Origin: a virus | Taxonomy: Duplodnaviria > Caudoviricetes | Length of the DNA: 64,000 nucleotides | Strand: one strand, 5' to 3' | IMG/VR virus record: IMGVR_UViG_3300033074_001883 | Span: 16,046 to 80,045 of that record | In this document: positions 9,687-19,286 of the stretch, piece by piece | How positions within the stretch are numbered: position 1 is the stretch's first letter | Layout: every line of letters begins with the position of its first letter | The notes under the pieces: model-generated | The model's database searches: none | Told to the model about the DNA's origin: nothing | What the model saw: the letters and a program-made list of their open reading frames with translations, nothing else | Translations under genes and position numbers: made by a program

Positions 9687-10307
9687 TCACTCCACGGGAA
9701 AGGTGAGGGACAGCCGCACGTCCACAGTCAACAGAGTCAGCAACCGCTCGGTCACTGGCACAGCATGATAGTGCATACAGGTCAACGTGACCATTCGCGA
9801 GTTCGACCACTCCGGAAGGAGCCCCTCCTCGAACCGGAGGTCCGCGCCGCCGAGGACGATGTTGTGCAGTCCGCCACGCTGAAGGTTGTCGGTGTTGAGC
9901 ACGAGTAGGGTGAACACGATGTACGAGAGGTACAGCGTGAGGCGAGGGTCGCTGGTGAGCACGAGGAGCTGGTAGGTCCCGTTGAGCGCGATGCCTCGGT
10001 ACTCGGTGAGGTTGGGGTCGGTGTTGGAGACTTCGAGTTCCTCAAGGACGTCTCCGAGCAAGTCGTTGCCCACCGCTTCGCTGTCCGACGCGTTCACGAT
10101 GGCGATGGTGGGGGACTTCATGCTCTCGCGCGGCCAGTTGAGGACGACCTCGACCGAGTTCTCCGTGAAGAACTTCCGCGCCTCGGCGCGCATTTCCTCG
10201 GGGTGGTTAGCGAAGATGTCGTCGAGCACGTCGAGACGCGTGCTGATGGTTGAGAGACCGGTGCGGAGGACGTCGCGGATCTGAAGCTCCGGCATGGCCA
10301 GCATCAC
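9687..10307 (-). CDS. Tail terminator / completion protein
   Basis: 206 aa; position between neck genes and sheath; PTIAIV..SDSE motif. Confidence 0.55.
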   Translation of the reverse strand: MMLAMPELQIRDVLRTGLSTISTRLDVLDDIFANHPEEMRAEARKFFTENSVEVVLNWPRESMKSPTIAIVNASDSEAVGNDLLGDVLEELEVSNTDPNLTEYRGIALNGTYQLLVLTSDPRLTLYLSYIVFTLLVLNTDNLQRGGLHNIVLGGADLRFEEGLLPEWSNSRMVTLTCMHYHAVPVTERLLTLLTVDVRLSLTFPVE

Positions 10308-10984
10308 GTCACCCCTTTGCGTACGTAGTCAGCGATGACCTTCGGAGCGAGCTTCTTCATCTCCTTGGACACTGTCGTGAAGATGCCGAGCGGCTTGAAG
10401 CCCGGGTGAATCCAGCTCGCCGGGTTCGACCGCGCGCTCATGCGGCGGAACGTCATGTAGCTCGTCGAGGAACTGCTGCCTCGGTACGTCTTCGTGAGAC
10501 GGAGCATCGAGCCGGTGCGAGACGCAGCGTGCGTGTAGCCCGTGTGCGAGGAGCCGATGCCCGAGGGCATGCGCTTGGGCCCCCGCACGATGGAGCCGCC
10601 GCCCTGCGCCTTCGCTGCTGCACGCATGACCGCGTAGTCGGGCTTCGACATGGGCCGGAGCGCGGTGCTTCCCGGGACGCCGTGACGGAACGGGACGTCG
10701 ACGAACTTGCGCCCCTTGAGCATCACCTTCATGTCGAACGGCTTGCGGCCCTGCTCCTGCATCGCCGCGAGGCGCGTGTTGAGCTTGATGGTGAAGGAGC
10801 GGTCGTTCACGACCGGCGTACTCACCGCGTGGATGAAGTCCTGCGCTGAGGAGGTGAGGCGCTCCTGCGCGAGCGTGGTGACACGGTCGTGCGCGACCAT
10901 GGCGAGCGCGGTGAGCGCCCGCTTCATCGACTGCTGCACCTTCAGCCTGAGCCCCTTGGGGACGGAGATCTTGACGCGAATCAC
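10304..10984 (-). CDS. Neck / virion morphogenesis protein
   Basis: 226 aa, basic; EQGRKPFDMK and FRRMS..SNPASWIHPG motifs like Herelleviridae neck-region proteins. Confidence 0.55.
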   Translation of the reverse strand: MIRVKISVPKGLRLKVQQSMKRALTALAMVAHDRVTTLAQERLTSSAQDFIHAVSTPVVNDRSFTIKLNTRLAAMQEQGRKPFDMKVMLKGRKFVDVPFRHGVPGSTALRPMSKPDYAVMRAAAKAQGGGSIVRGPKRMPSGIGSSHTGYTHAASRTGSMLRLTKTYRGSSSSTSYMTFRRMSARSNPASWIHPGFKPLGIFTTVSKEMKKLAPKVIADYVRKGVT

Positions 10985-11721
10985 GTCTTGCTCTCCTCGG
11001 TGCCGACGAGGAAGTCGAACTTGCCGAGCGCCATCACGGGGAACTCGATGGTGCGTTGGTTCGTGCCGCTGGGGTTCACGTTCTGCGCGATGCCGCGCGG
11101 GCCGAAGGCCGGGAGCGTGCGGGCGTGGTGGTTAACATCGAGCACGATGTACGTCGGCCGGATGAAGTAGCCGAGCGCGAAGAAGCAGGCTCCCGGCTCG
11201 GTCGCCCAGACGAGGAGCCCGTTGGCGTCGATGCTGAAGTCGGTGTCGAGGGTGTACTGCGTGCCGTCGTTACGCACGAGACGCCACACGCCGCGCTTCT
11301 CCTCGGTGTCGATGATGGGGTACTTGAGCTTGTCGGGCGTCCCGGGCGTGTGCTGCACCACCTCGGTGAAGCTGATGGTCGTCTCCCGGAGCGTGACCTT
11401 GTCCCACCACGAGAGCGCGACCTCCGGCTTCGCGGTGAGCATCGCGGTGCCGAGGTCGATGCGCCCCTGTGACTGGTACGCCTGCCGGAGCGAGACACTC
11501 GACACGAGCATCTTCGTCTCGGTGCCCGTGTCGTAGAGGAAGCCGGTGCCGTCGCAGACGGTGCAGTTGAGGTCGTGGTGCGTGCGCTCCACCATGCGGT
11601 TGGGGCACACGAGCGCGCGCTTCCACAGGACGTTGTAGCCCATCGTCTCCACCTGCTGGAGGATGAGCTTCGGGTCGAGTTGCGCGCCGAAGGACTGCCA
11701 GTCGTTGGTGGCGAGAGGCAC
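10981..11721 (-). CDS. Head closure / neck protein
   Basis: 246 aa; GYNVLWKRALVCP..CTVCDGTGFLY motif; synteny. Confidence 0.6.
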   Translation of the reverse strand: MPLATNDWQSFGAQLDPKLILQQVETMGYNVLWKRALVCPNRMVERTHHDLNCTVCDGTGFLYDTGTETKMLVSSVSLRQAYQSQGRIDLGTAMLTAKPEVALSWWDKVTLRETTISFTEVVQHTPGTPDKLKYPIIDTEEKRGVWRLVRNDGTQYTLDTDFSIDANGLLVWATEPGACFFALGYFIRPTYIVLDVNHHARTLPAFGPRGIAQNVNPSGTNQRTIEFPVMALGKFDFLVGTEESKT

Positions 11722-12534
11722 TCAGACCACCCGCATCATCAAGCCACGGTAGTGGTCGGAGATGTCCTTGAGGAGGCCCGTCATGCTGCGACCGTCGCCC
11801 CAGAGTTCGGTGCGGTACGACGAGATGAGGCCGGAGAACACGGGCGGAAGCTGGCCGTTGTTCATGATGCCGACGCTCTGCGAGAGGCCGTCGATACCCG
11901 ACGAAACGCTCGTCACCCCGGGCGGGAAGATGGTCTGGCCCATCTGCGAGAGCACGTTGATGGCCGCGAGCTTGGAGACCGCGTCCACGAGGTCCATCGG
12001 GATCTTCCCGTCCTCGAACCCCGCCGTGTACGAGATGCGGAAGAGCTGCGGGAGGTAGCCCATGCCCGCGAACATGAGCGGGAGGTACGAACCGCCACGC
12101 CCGAGAATCACCTGCGAGAGGGTGCCCTGCGTCGGCACGAGTTGAATCTGCCCGTGCTCCTTGGTTAGCCGCACCCATTCGAGGGGGAACTCGAAGATGG
12201 TCTGCCCGGTCGGGTACACGGCCGAGACGGACTCGACCGAGATGACCGGGTACTCGAACAACTGGAGGAACGCGAAGAGTTGGTAGTCGCTGACGTGGTA
12301 GTCGTGGCGCTCGTCGGTGATGACTCGACGAAGGATGTTAACCTTCGTGATGCGCTCGATGGTCGCGGCTGCCGTGCTGATGTGGTGCGTGTAGAAGCTC
12401 GATGGGATCGGGCCCCCCTCCTTGTCCACGAAGTCCAAGCCGGACAGGTAGTTCTTCTGGAGCATGTCCGGTGAAAGCTGTGAAACAGCCTCTTCCACCT
12501 TGAGCCCTGAAACCACCTGCGGCACGGACGGCAT
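11722..12534 (-). CDS. Head-tail adaptor
   Basis: 270 aa; ISYTAGF..IPMDLVDAVSKLAA and SSGIDGLSQS motifs; synteny. Confidence 0.65.
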   Translation of the reverse strand: MPSVPQVVSGLKVEEAVSQLSPDMLQKNYLSGLDFVDKEGGPIPSSFYTHHISTAAATIERITKVNILRRVITDERHDYHVSDYQLFAFLQLFEYPVISVESVSAVYPTGQTIFEFPLEWVRLTKEHGQIQLVPTQGTLSQVILGRGGSYLPLMFAGMGYLPQLFRISYTAGFEDGKIPMDLVDAVSKLAAINVLSQMGQTIFPPGVTSVSSGIDGLSQSVGIMNNGQLPPVFSGLISSYRTELWGDGRSMTGLLKDISDHYRGLMMRVV

Positions 12535-12555
12535 GGACGTCTCCTCGGATGAAGG

Positions 12556-12900
12556 TTAGCGGCGCTTCTTGGGGGCGGGCTTGGCAGCGGCCTTCGCGTT
12601 CGGCGTGGCGGGCGGCGTGGGCGCGGGCTCTTCCTCCGGGGCCTCCTCGTCGACTTCCGGGGCAGTCTCGACAGACCCGGTGGCGGGGATGAACTCGCCC
12701 ATGTTGATGCTGTTGGTGGTCGTCTCGACGACGGGCTCGGGGGCGGGTTCGAGGCTCTTGAAGCCGAGGCCGGGCTGGCAGAGGAACTTGCCCTGCTCCT
12801 CGGTGACGTCGGCGCAACCCTCCGCGTCGAAGGTGACGACGCCGACCGACGTGGACGAGGTGAAGCTCTTCAGGGAAACGTGCTTGATGCGCATGGACAC
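12556..12900 (-). CDS. Small protein after the capsid gene (Pro/Ala/Lys-rich tail)
   Basis: 114 aa; short globular N-terminus plus low-complexity tail. Confidence 0.6.
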   Translation of the reverse strand: MSMRIKHVSLKSFTSSTSVGVVTFDAEGCADVTEEQGKFLCQPGLGFKSLEPAPEPVVETTTNSINMGEFIPATGSVETAPEVDEEAPEEEPAPTPPATPNAKAAAKPAPKKRR

Positions 12901-12934
12901 TAACCTTGTTGGTGAGGGTGAGACTGCAAACTAC

Positions 12935-12968
12935 GACGGGGTGGCGACCTCTCAGCCACCACCCCGTC
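12935..12968 (-). terminator. Hairpin downstream of the major capsid gene
   Basis: Perfect 10-bp stem GACGGGGTGG/CCACCCCGTC followed by GTAGTTTG on the minus strand. Confidence 0.55.
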
Positions 12969-12993
12969 AAGCTACGTCATCTCGCTGTGCTCG

Positions 12994-14460
12994 TCAGGAG
13001 TCAGCGACGTTGATGAAGAGGACGTTCTTCCTCGGGGTGTACAGGATGTACGTGAGGTAGATGAGCTGCATCCAGCGGATGCTGGCAGCCACCGTCGCGA
13101 GGGGGATCTTCATCATCGGGGCGAGCTGGCGCACGGCGTAGTTCTGGAGGTTGTTCTGCACCATGAACGCCTGCGACGTGGCCGGGATGAACCAGTTGCG
13201 GTCCGTGTAGACGGCTCCGCCACCGGCACGCGCCACCATCGTCATGATCTTCGCCGTCGCCGCCGCGTCACCGCCGTTGTTCGTGCGGTAGATGCGGTAC
13301 GCGGTCGCCGCGTTCGCACCACCACCGTCGGTGATGGTCATCGCGACCGACTGGCCAGCCGCGAGGGTCGGGGAAGCGACCGCCGAGGGAGCCGACTCGC
13401 CGAAGCGGTTGACGGCCGTGGCGTAATACTGGTGCACGCCGATTTCCGCGCCACCCGCCTTGAACATCGACGCTGTGTCAGCGCCCGGAGCACCGGCCGC
13501 GATGGTCGGAGCGTTGGGGGCCTTCGACGAGGTCGCCACCAGCGGGATGGTCTTGATGCCGCCGACGCCACCGCGCGAAGCACCCGAGCGGAGGAAGATG
13601 TTCGGCTTGAAGTTGATCGCGCCAGCGTTCGACTCGAACGCCTTGATGGCGAGACCGACCTTGCCCTCGACCGGGAACGGCAGGTTCAGCCGCTCACGCG
13701 GGTAGAACTGCTTGCTGATGTCGGACTGGGCCTGCGGAGCGAGCATCAGGTCCGTCGGCACGCCGTAGTTCTGGACGATGTAGTTCGTCGCAGTCTCCAG
13801 ATCGTTTTCGAGGATCTTCTCGCCGCGCTTGTCGATGATGACCGTGTTCGCCGCCGACTGGAGGATGTCCGTCGCGGTGTACAGGTCGGTGTTCGGGTTC
13901 GCGACCGAGCAGCCGTCCATGATCTGCTTCGCGAGGCCGTCGAACTCCTGCGAGATCATGTCCGAGCGACCGAAGTGCAGAGCACGTTCGAGCTGCTGAA
14001 CGAGCCAGATCGCGCCGTTCTGCGTCTCCAGACCGATGGCGTTGCCGTGCGCCGGGCGCACGAGCGTCATCGGGTGCGTGACTTCACGCGTGGTGCCGAG
14101 GAACTTCACCAGAGCCGTCTTGCGCTCGTAGGTGCTATCCTGCGTCTCGGGGAGGTCACCTTCGTTCGTGAAGGCTCCCGCCTCCGCGCCGTAGTCCGTC
14201 AGACGGTTGTACTCTTCGACCGTGCTGAAGGCCGGGAGCTTCGGAACCATCTTCCAGAACTGAATGTGACCGAGGGTGGTCGTGACGACACGAAGGGTGG
14301 CCTCCAGAGACTCCACCCGAAGGACGTTACCGCCCGAGGTAGGAGGGTTCTGGGTGCCAGCGCTCAGGGCCTTGTTGAGGTTCTCGACGTCTTGCGCCGA
14401 GGACATCCCGAAGCCCTGAATCCCTTCGTAGTCACGCAGACTGACCATGTTGCCGCTCAT
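12994..14460 (-). CDS. Major capsid protein (Herelleviridae-like)
   Basis: 488 aa; LNKALSAG leader, GNVLRVESLEATL, STVEEYNRL..YG, VKFLGTTREVT, A.ATAYRIYR motifs. Confidence 0.9.
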   Translation of the reverse strand: MSGNMVSLRDYEGIQGFGMSSAQDVENLNKALSAGTQNPPTSGGNVLRVESLEATLRVVTTTLGHIQFWKMVPKLPAFSTVEEYNRLTDYGAEAGAFTNEGDLPETQDSTYERKTALVKFLGTTREVTHPMTLVRPAHGNAIGLETQNGAIWLVQQLERALHFGRSDMISQEFDGLAKQIMDGCSVANPNTDLYTATDILQSAANTVIIDKRGEKILENDLETATNYIVQNYGVPTDLMLAPQAQSDISKQFYPRERLNLPFPVEGKVGLAIKAFESNAGAINFKPNIFLRSGASRGGVGGIKTIPLVATSSKAPNAPTIAAGAPGADTASMFKAGGAEIGVHQYYATAVNRFGESAPSAVASPTLAAGQSVAMTITDGGGANAATAYRIYRTNNGGDAAATAKIMTMVARAGGGAVYTDRNWFIPATSQAFMVQNNLQNYAVRQLAPMMKIPLATVAASIRWMQLIYLTYILYTPRKNVLFINVADS

Positions 14461-14560
14461 GTGTTGTGTCCTTGCGTGTTGGAACTACGAGGTTGGTTTG
14501 ATGTTACTGGTTTGAACTTCTGAGGCAGGTGAAGCAGTGAAACGACGACAGAGAAGCGAA

Positions 14561-14589
14561 GGAGGGAGACGTGGTTAGCGTCTCCCTCC
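14561..14589 (-). terminator. 11-bp hairpin between scaffold and capsid genes
   Basis: GGAGGGAGACG-N7-CGTCTCCCTCC followed by a pyrimidine run on the minus strand. Confidence 0.5.
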
Positions 14590-14595
14590 GACGGC

Positions 14596-15381
14596 TCAGC
14601 TTCCGAACAGCGACTTCAGCTCAGCCGAAAGCTGCGTGTGCATCTGCGGATCGATGTACCCCGTCGACTCGTAGGCGCTCACGACGTACGGCTGGAAGCC
14701 ACCCTTCTCGACGAGCGAGGAGAGTGCGTCGAGAGTCTGCGCCCGGCTGTAGCGAGGGGCGTCTGCGGACTGCTCGAACCGCTCCACCGCTTCCGACTTG
14801 CGGAGGACCGACCGGGGCTGCATCGAGACGGGCGCTTCGTCGATTCCGTCCACCGACTTCCGGAGGTTCAGAACCATGTTGCCCATCGCGACGATGGCCT
14901 TCTGGATGCGGGCGTTGAAGGCCCGCTGCTCGTTGGCGAACTCTGCGTTCGACTTCGCGAGACCGTCCACCGACTGGGCGACGATGCCCGTCAGCTCTTC
15001 GAGGAACTCCGACACCTCGAAGGCCTTGTTGAGCGTGCCCGAGTCCTGAACCAGCGACTTCATCGACGCCCCGGTGGGGTCCTTCTCGTCGGCGTTGACG
15101 TTGAGGTCGCCGTCCAGATCGCCCTCATCCGCGAGGCCACCGTTGGCCTCGTCCGTGTCGTCAGGCATGCCCGGCGTTCCCGCCGTGTGCGCCTTGCCGA
15201 CCGGCTCGTCCGAGTCTTCTTCCGACTCGTCCGACTCGTCCGACTCCTCGGCGTCCGCCTTCTCGAACTCCTCTTCGTCGGTCTCGGCTGCTTCACCTTC
15301 GAGCACGCCGAGTGCCTTGAAAAGCTCGTCCTCGGAAACCTGAGTGTTCTGCTTGATGCTCTTCTTCGTGATCTTGTTCAT
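14596..15381 (-). CDS. Putative scaffold protein
   Basis: Acidic and helical, between protease region and capsid, with many x-x-K-S/A sites. Confidence 0.65.
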   Translation of the reverse strand: MNKITKKSIKQNTQVSEDELFKALGVLEGEAAETDEEEFEKADAEESDESDESEEDSDEPVGKAHTAGTPGMPDDTDEANGGLADEGDLDGDLNVNADEKDPTGASMKSLVQDSGTLNKAFEVSEFLEELTGIVAQSVDGLAKSNAEFANEQRAFNARIQKAIVAMGNMVLNLRKSVDGIDEAPVSMQPRSVLRKSEAVERFEQSADAPRYSRAQTLDALSSLVEKGGFQPYVVSAYESTGYIDPQMHTQLSAELKSLFGS

Positions 15382-15407
15382 GTGCACTCACCTCCCTTCT
15401 GCGTTGT

Positions 15408-15689
15408 TCACTGAATGACTGCGAAATACTGCACTCGGCGGGAGACGCCAGCGGCAGCGCCAGCCGCGTCCCACGCGTAGATCGAAAACGACTTGCCATC
15501 GGCCGCGATGACCTCGGTGAGCGCGAGCGAGGCTGCCGCTTCGCCGCCCGTGTCGACGTCGGTGAACGACGCCTTGACGAACAGGATGCGGTCGTTGAGG
15601 CCGTCGATCTTGATGCCGGTCTTGGAGCCCGTGAAGGTCTCCTGACCGAGCGCGATGACGTTGTTGTGCGTGAAGATAGCTCCGGGCAT
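15408..15689 (-). CDS. Small head-region protein
   Basis: 93 aa, beta-rich; synteny. Confidence 0.55.
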   Translation of the reverse strand: MPGAIFTHNNVIALGQETFTGSKTGIKIDGLNDRILFVKASFTDVDTGGEAAASLALTEVIAADGKSFSIYAWDAAGAAAGVSRRVQYFAVIQ

Positions 15690-15693
15690 GTGC

Positions 15694-16524
15694 TTAGGCT
15701 CCTTTGACAGCGAATCCGAAGATGCGCCTGCACGCCGCTTCGGAGTAGTGGGGGCGCAACTCGCGGAGGATGCGAACAGCCTCCGCTTCCCGCAGACCGT
15801 CGGACTTCCGAACGACCCGCAGCGACTTCTCGGTTGGCTGCTCGTGCGTGCGCTCCATGTGGGCCGTGTAGCCGCCCTCAGAGCGAAACGCCTTCTTGCA
15901 GCCCTTGCACTGCCAGACTGCCTTGACTTCGTCGTGTTCGAGGTCCTGCGGCACCATCACGCGGCCACCCGTCGTCGGGGTGATGGCGCTGCCTGCGGAG
16001 AGCGCGCGTTCGACGGTCTCGCCATCGAACGACTTCGCGAGGACCTCCCACGTGCAATTCGGGTTCACCGGGCTGTTGGTGACCGCGACGTTGCGGATCT
16101 TCGCCTTCACGATGTGGTTGCCGCGACGCTCGATGACCTTGCCTTCGATGCTGAAGCCGAGGCGACGCTTGGTGCCTTCGAGGCTCTTGGCGAGGTTCCA
16201 GATGTCGTCGACGCGGGAGAAGCCCTTGAGCATGTGGCCGGTCGTGTACCAGCCCTTGCCCTTGTGGAACTCGGCGGCATCGGGGACGCCCACGACGGCG
16301 GAGGTCGACTGGTTGTGGTTGTCGTTGAAGAAGCCGTGCTGCACGAACTCGCTGAAGTCGAGGCCCTTCTGGAGGACCACTTCGGACTGGCGATCGAGGT
16401 GCTCTGTCGAACAGTAACCACCGATGCGACGCGACTCCTCGCCGTCGCCTTCGCGGCTCTTCAGAATCTCCACCGTTCCGGGTTGCCAGATGGTGAAGAA
16501 GTCGTCGTTGAGGAGCTTGGTCAT
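15694..16524 (-). CDS. Prohead protease
   Basis: IGGYCSTEHLDRQSEVV, FNDNH, LGFSIEG (catalytic Ser), NVAVTNSPVNP motifs. Confidence 0.85.
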   Translation of the reverse strand: MTKLLNDDFFTIWQPGTVEILKSREGDGEESRRIGGYCSTEHLDRQSEVVLQKGLDFSEFVQHGFFNDNHNQSTSAVVGVPDAAEFHKGKGWYTTGHMLKGFSRVDDIWNLAKSLEGTKRRLGFSIEGKVIERRGNHIVKAKIRNVAVTNSPVNPNCTWEVLAKSFDGETVERALSAGSAITPTTGGRVMVPQDLEHDEVKAVWQCKGCKKAFRSEGGYTAHMERTHEQPTEKSLRVVRKSDGLREAEAVRILRELRPHYSEAACRRIFGFAVKGA

Positions 16525-17408
16525 GAGGGGTCTTCCAGTCGGAGTTGTACCGCCCGAAGAGAGGTAGCGTCAACGTCGGACTGAAGAACGAGCGCGATGC
16601 CCTTGGAGACCGCCCGCTCTTGCCGATGGAACCACTCTTCGTACGAGGGGAACTTGTCTGTGCCGAGCTTGGGCGCACCCATCCGTCGGTATGCAAGACG
16701 GTCGCTGTGATCGAGGACGAATTGAATGCGCAACCACGTGTCGTCGACGCACGCGGCCGGTAGCAGCGGGCGAAGCACGTCCAAATCCTCACGCTTGATG
16801 CGCGCGAGCTTCTTGGTGGCCCACTCCGGCATGGGCAGACGTGCGTAGTACAGGTACTTGTGGAAGACGCTCCGGTAACCCTTGTAGTAGCGGCCGAAGG
16901 AGAGCCCGTTGTCGATGGCCCAGACCTTCTTCTGCGTCGGGTCGGCGAGGATGTTCCGGCCGTGCCGGTCGACGTTGTTAACCACGAGGTCGAGGAGAAC
17001 GATCTTCTGAAGATCGTCGAGGTTCGAGCGGAAGAAGAACTTGGCGAGCTTCTGCTTCCAGTCGCTCTGCTTCTTGTCGAAAAGCCCGGGCACCACGTCA
17101 CGCGGTTGCATGCCGGTGACGACCCACTTCTGCACGCTGGCTTCGCGGCCCTTGTACTTGGTGAGCACCGTCTCCGGCACCACGCCGAAGTCGAGCACGT
17201 GTGCGTCGAGGAGGTACGTCGCGACTTCCCTCCGAGGCAGCTCCTGCTTCGGGATGCCCCGGAAGAAGTCGTTCGCGAAGGGCCTCGTCTTGAGGATGCC
17301 CTTCTCGCCGTTCGCGTAGACAGCAAGCTGCGCGTCGAACTTCCCCTCTTGAATCGAGGAGACTTTCGACGGCTGCTCGCTGTTGACGGTCTCGGCGAAC
17401 TTGGTCAT
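16521..17408 (-). CDS. PI3/PI4-kinase-like (atypical protein kinase fold) protein
   Basis: GILK (beta3 Lys), RREVATYLLD (alphaC Glu), VDRHGRNIL (DRHxxN catalytic loop), IDNGLSF (metal-binding). Confidence 0.8.
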   Translation of the reverse strand: MTKFAETVNSEQPSKVSSIQEGKFDAQLAVYANGEKGILKTRPFANDFFRGIPKQELPRREVATYLLDAHVLDFGVVPETVLTKYKGREASVQKWVVTGMQPRDVVPGLFDKKQSDWKQKLAKFFFRSNLDDLQKIVLLDLVVNNVDRHGRNILADPTQKKVWAIDNGLSFGRYYKGYRSVFHKYLYYARLPMPEWATKKLARIKREDLDVLRPLLPAACVDDTWLRIQFVLDHSDRLAYRRMGAPKLGTDKFPSYEEWFHRQERAVSKGIALVLQSDVDATSLRAVQLRLEDPS

Positions 17409-17998
17409 CAGACGTTGACGAGTGCGAGGTAGGTACGCGTGCCGTTCGGGAGGTTCGTGCCCGGGAGCACGGTGTTGAACTGGGTGTTGAACGTCGCCGC
17501 TTCCGGAACGCCCGTGACGGAGAGAATGCCGACCGCCGCTGCGAGGTTGCGAGCGATGCCGAGCTTCGAGCCGGGGCCAGCCGTGGCCGCCGCCGCGTTC
17601 GCGCCGACCGCCGTCTTCACGGCCGAGGTGATGGTCTTGAACGCGACGTTGCCGACGACCGTCGAGGCCGCGACCGCGACGATGGTCTCCGTCACCGGCT
17701 CATCGAACTGGTTCGTGCCGGTGATGACGACGTTGCCACCGTCCCACGACGCGGCGAAGGCGACCGCGATGTTGCGCGGCTGTGCAGGAGCGGCGGTGAC
17801 GGTGAACGCGTTGCCTGCCGAGTTGCCTGCGAGCGACGCGAGCACGCCCGTGGTCGCGGAGGCTGCGGCGGCACCGAGGTTCACGAGCTGCGGGAGGAGG
17901 CCGCCCGCCTTGAGGTTGTCCGACGAGGAGATTTCGCGAGTGCGACCGAGGATCTCAGGGCTGTCGAGGCCCTGAACGACGAGAGTGGCGTTCGGCAT
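17408..17998 (-). CDS. Putative head decoration / structural protein
   Basis: 196 aa, Ala/Thr/Val/Gly-rich beta protein in the head module. Confidence 0.5.
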   Translation of the reverse strand: MPNATLVVQGLDSPEILGRTREISSSDNLKAGGLLPQLVNLGAAAASATTGVLASLAGNSAGNAFTVTAAPAQPRNIAVAFAASWDGGNVVITGTNQFDEPVTETIVAVAASTVVGNVAFKTITSAVKTAVGANAAAATAGPGSKLGIARNLAAAVGILSVTGVPEAATFNTQFNTVLPGTNLPNGTRTYLALVNV

Positions 17999-18034
17999 GG
18001 TGTTGCTCCGTGGGTTGGGTGTTGCGGTGGACTG

Positions 18035-18901
18035 CTACGAACCGAGGCCTTCGTACACCAGCTTGCCTGACCGGTCGAACTTGAACCCGGGCGGCATCTC
18101 CTGAAGCTCGCACTGGCACCACGGGTGGTGACTCTTCACCGTGGGCTGGCGGTCAGCACGCACGCGGTTCACGTTGGTCCCGGTGGCGAGAAGCTCGCTG
18201 AGCTTGAAGACGCGCGGAGCGCCGCTCTTCGTGAGGTAGGCGCTCTTGCACTCCTCGCACGCGCTCTTGCGCACGCGCTTGAAGACCCACGGGTCTCGCC
18301 CCTTGTTCGACTTCTGGATGGTAGCGAGCTTGCCTTCTTGGAAGGCGTTGTTGATTTCGGTGACGACGATGCGGTGCCAGTTGTGGGCGTGGTCGTTCGT
18401 CGCCTTGCGGAGTGCGCCGACGACCTCGTTGAGGCTCTTCCGCTTCTCGATGCCCTGCACGAGTTCACGTTTGACGACCGCCGCGAGTCGACGGCGGAGG
18501 TCTTGGTCTGCGTCGACGAGGACCTCCTGCGTCGACTGGTCGATGCGACCGCCGAGGCCCTTGAGGTGCGTCGTGACGGAGCGCTTGATGTGCTTGAGCG
18601 CCATCGTCTCCTCGGCGGAAAGCGGCACCGACTTCTGCGTGATGAAGTGCTTGAAGTCCGCGTACGACATGTCCTTCAGCTTCAATTCCTCCATCGAGTC
18701 GGCGAGGAAGCCGAAGAGGAACGCGCCTTCGACGAGGCCGCGCTTCACCTGCGCCTTGGTGACGAGGCCGGACTTGATGAGGCGGGCGACTTGCTCCTCC
18801 GGGAGCGTGTCACCGAGGCCGATCTGAACGAGGAACGCGCTGTGGTGGTCGTCGATGATGCGCGAGACCTCCTTCAACTGCCGGTCGCTGAGCGCCTGCA
18901 T
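18035..18901 (-). CDS. MuF-like minor head protein
   Basis: NWHRIVVTEINNAFQEGK, ACEECKSAYL and C-terminal HPWCQC motif of MuF domains. Confidence 0.75.
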   Translation of the reverse strand: MQALSDRQLKEVSRIIDDHHSAFLVQIGLGDTLPEEQVARLIKSGLVTKAQVKRGLVEGAFLFGFLADSMEELKLKDMSYADFKHFITQKSVPLSAEETMALKHIKRSVTTHLKGLGGRIDQSTQEVLVDADQDLRRRLAAVVKRELVQGIEKRKSLNEVVGALRKATNDHAHNWHRIVVTEINNAFQEGKLATIQKSNKGRDPWVFKRVRKSACEECKSAYLTKSGAPRVFKLSELLATGTNVNRVRADRQPTVKSHHPWCQCELQEMPPGFKFDRSGKLVYEGLGS

Positions 18902-18902
18902 G

Positions 18903-19283
18903 TTAGCCAGCCTCCGGGTCAGCGGGCTCGGTCTTCCACTCCTCGAACTCGCGCGTCTTCAACGGGTTCTTTCCGAAGAGCGACTCGTGCTCCTCTGGAG
19001 GAAGCTCGTCGTAGTGCGCGTTGCCCTTGAGCCACTCGGGTTCGTCGACGCCGAACTTCTTGCAGTACCACCGAAGCGCGGGCCGCACCTTCTCGACGTG
19101 GTGACGGCGGGACTGGGTGTTGTCGGCCGTGTGGAGCTTGATGAACGGGTTCGCGAAGCGGTCGAGGGCGTGCCGCAGCGTCGCCTCGTCGCGGATGCCC
19201 GGGAGCACGGTCTCGGGGGAGTAGTAGTCGGGGAGGAGACGAGCCCCGACCTTCTTGAGACGGAGATGAGGTTTCGCGCGCAT
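18903..19283 (-). CDS. Hypothetical protein
   Basis: 126 aa; TAA-C-ATG junction with MuF. Confidence 0.55.
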   Translation of the reverse strand: MRAKPHLRLKKVGARLLPDYYSPETVLPGIRDEATLRHALDRFANPFIKLHTADNTQSRRHHVEKVRPALRWYCKKFGVDEPEWLKGNAHYDELPPEEHESLFGKNPLKTREFEEWKTEPADPEAG

Positions 19284-19286
19284 GGG

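Noticed and set aside
15215-15250. 9-bp tandem repeats (CCGACTCGT)
   Set aside because: They encode the acidic ESD linker of the scaffold; not a CRISPR or regulatory array.
18028-18038. GTAGCAGTCCA repeated at 62289-62299
   Set aside because: An 11-mer match is near chance expectation, and one copy includes a stop codon.
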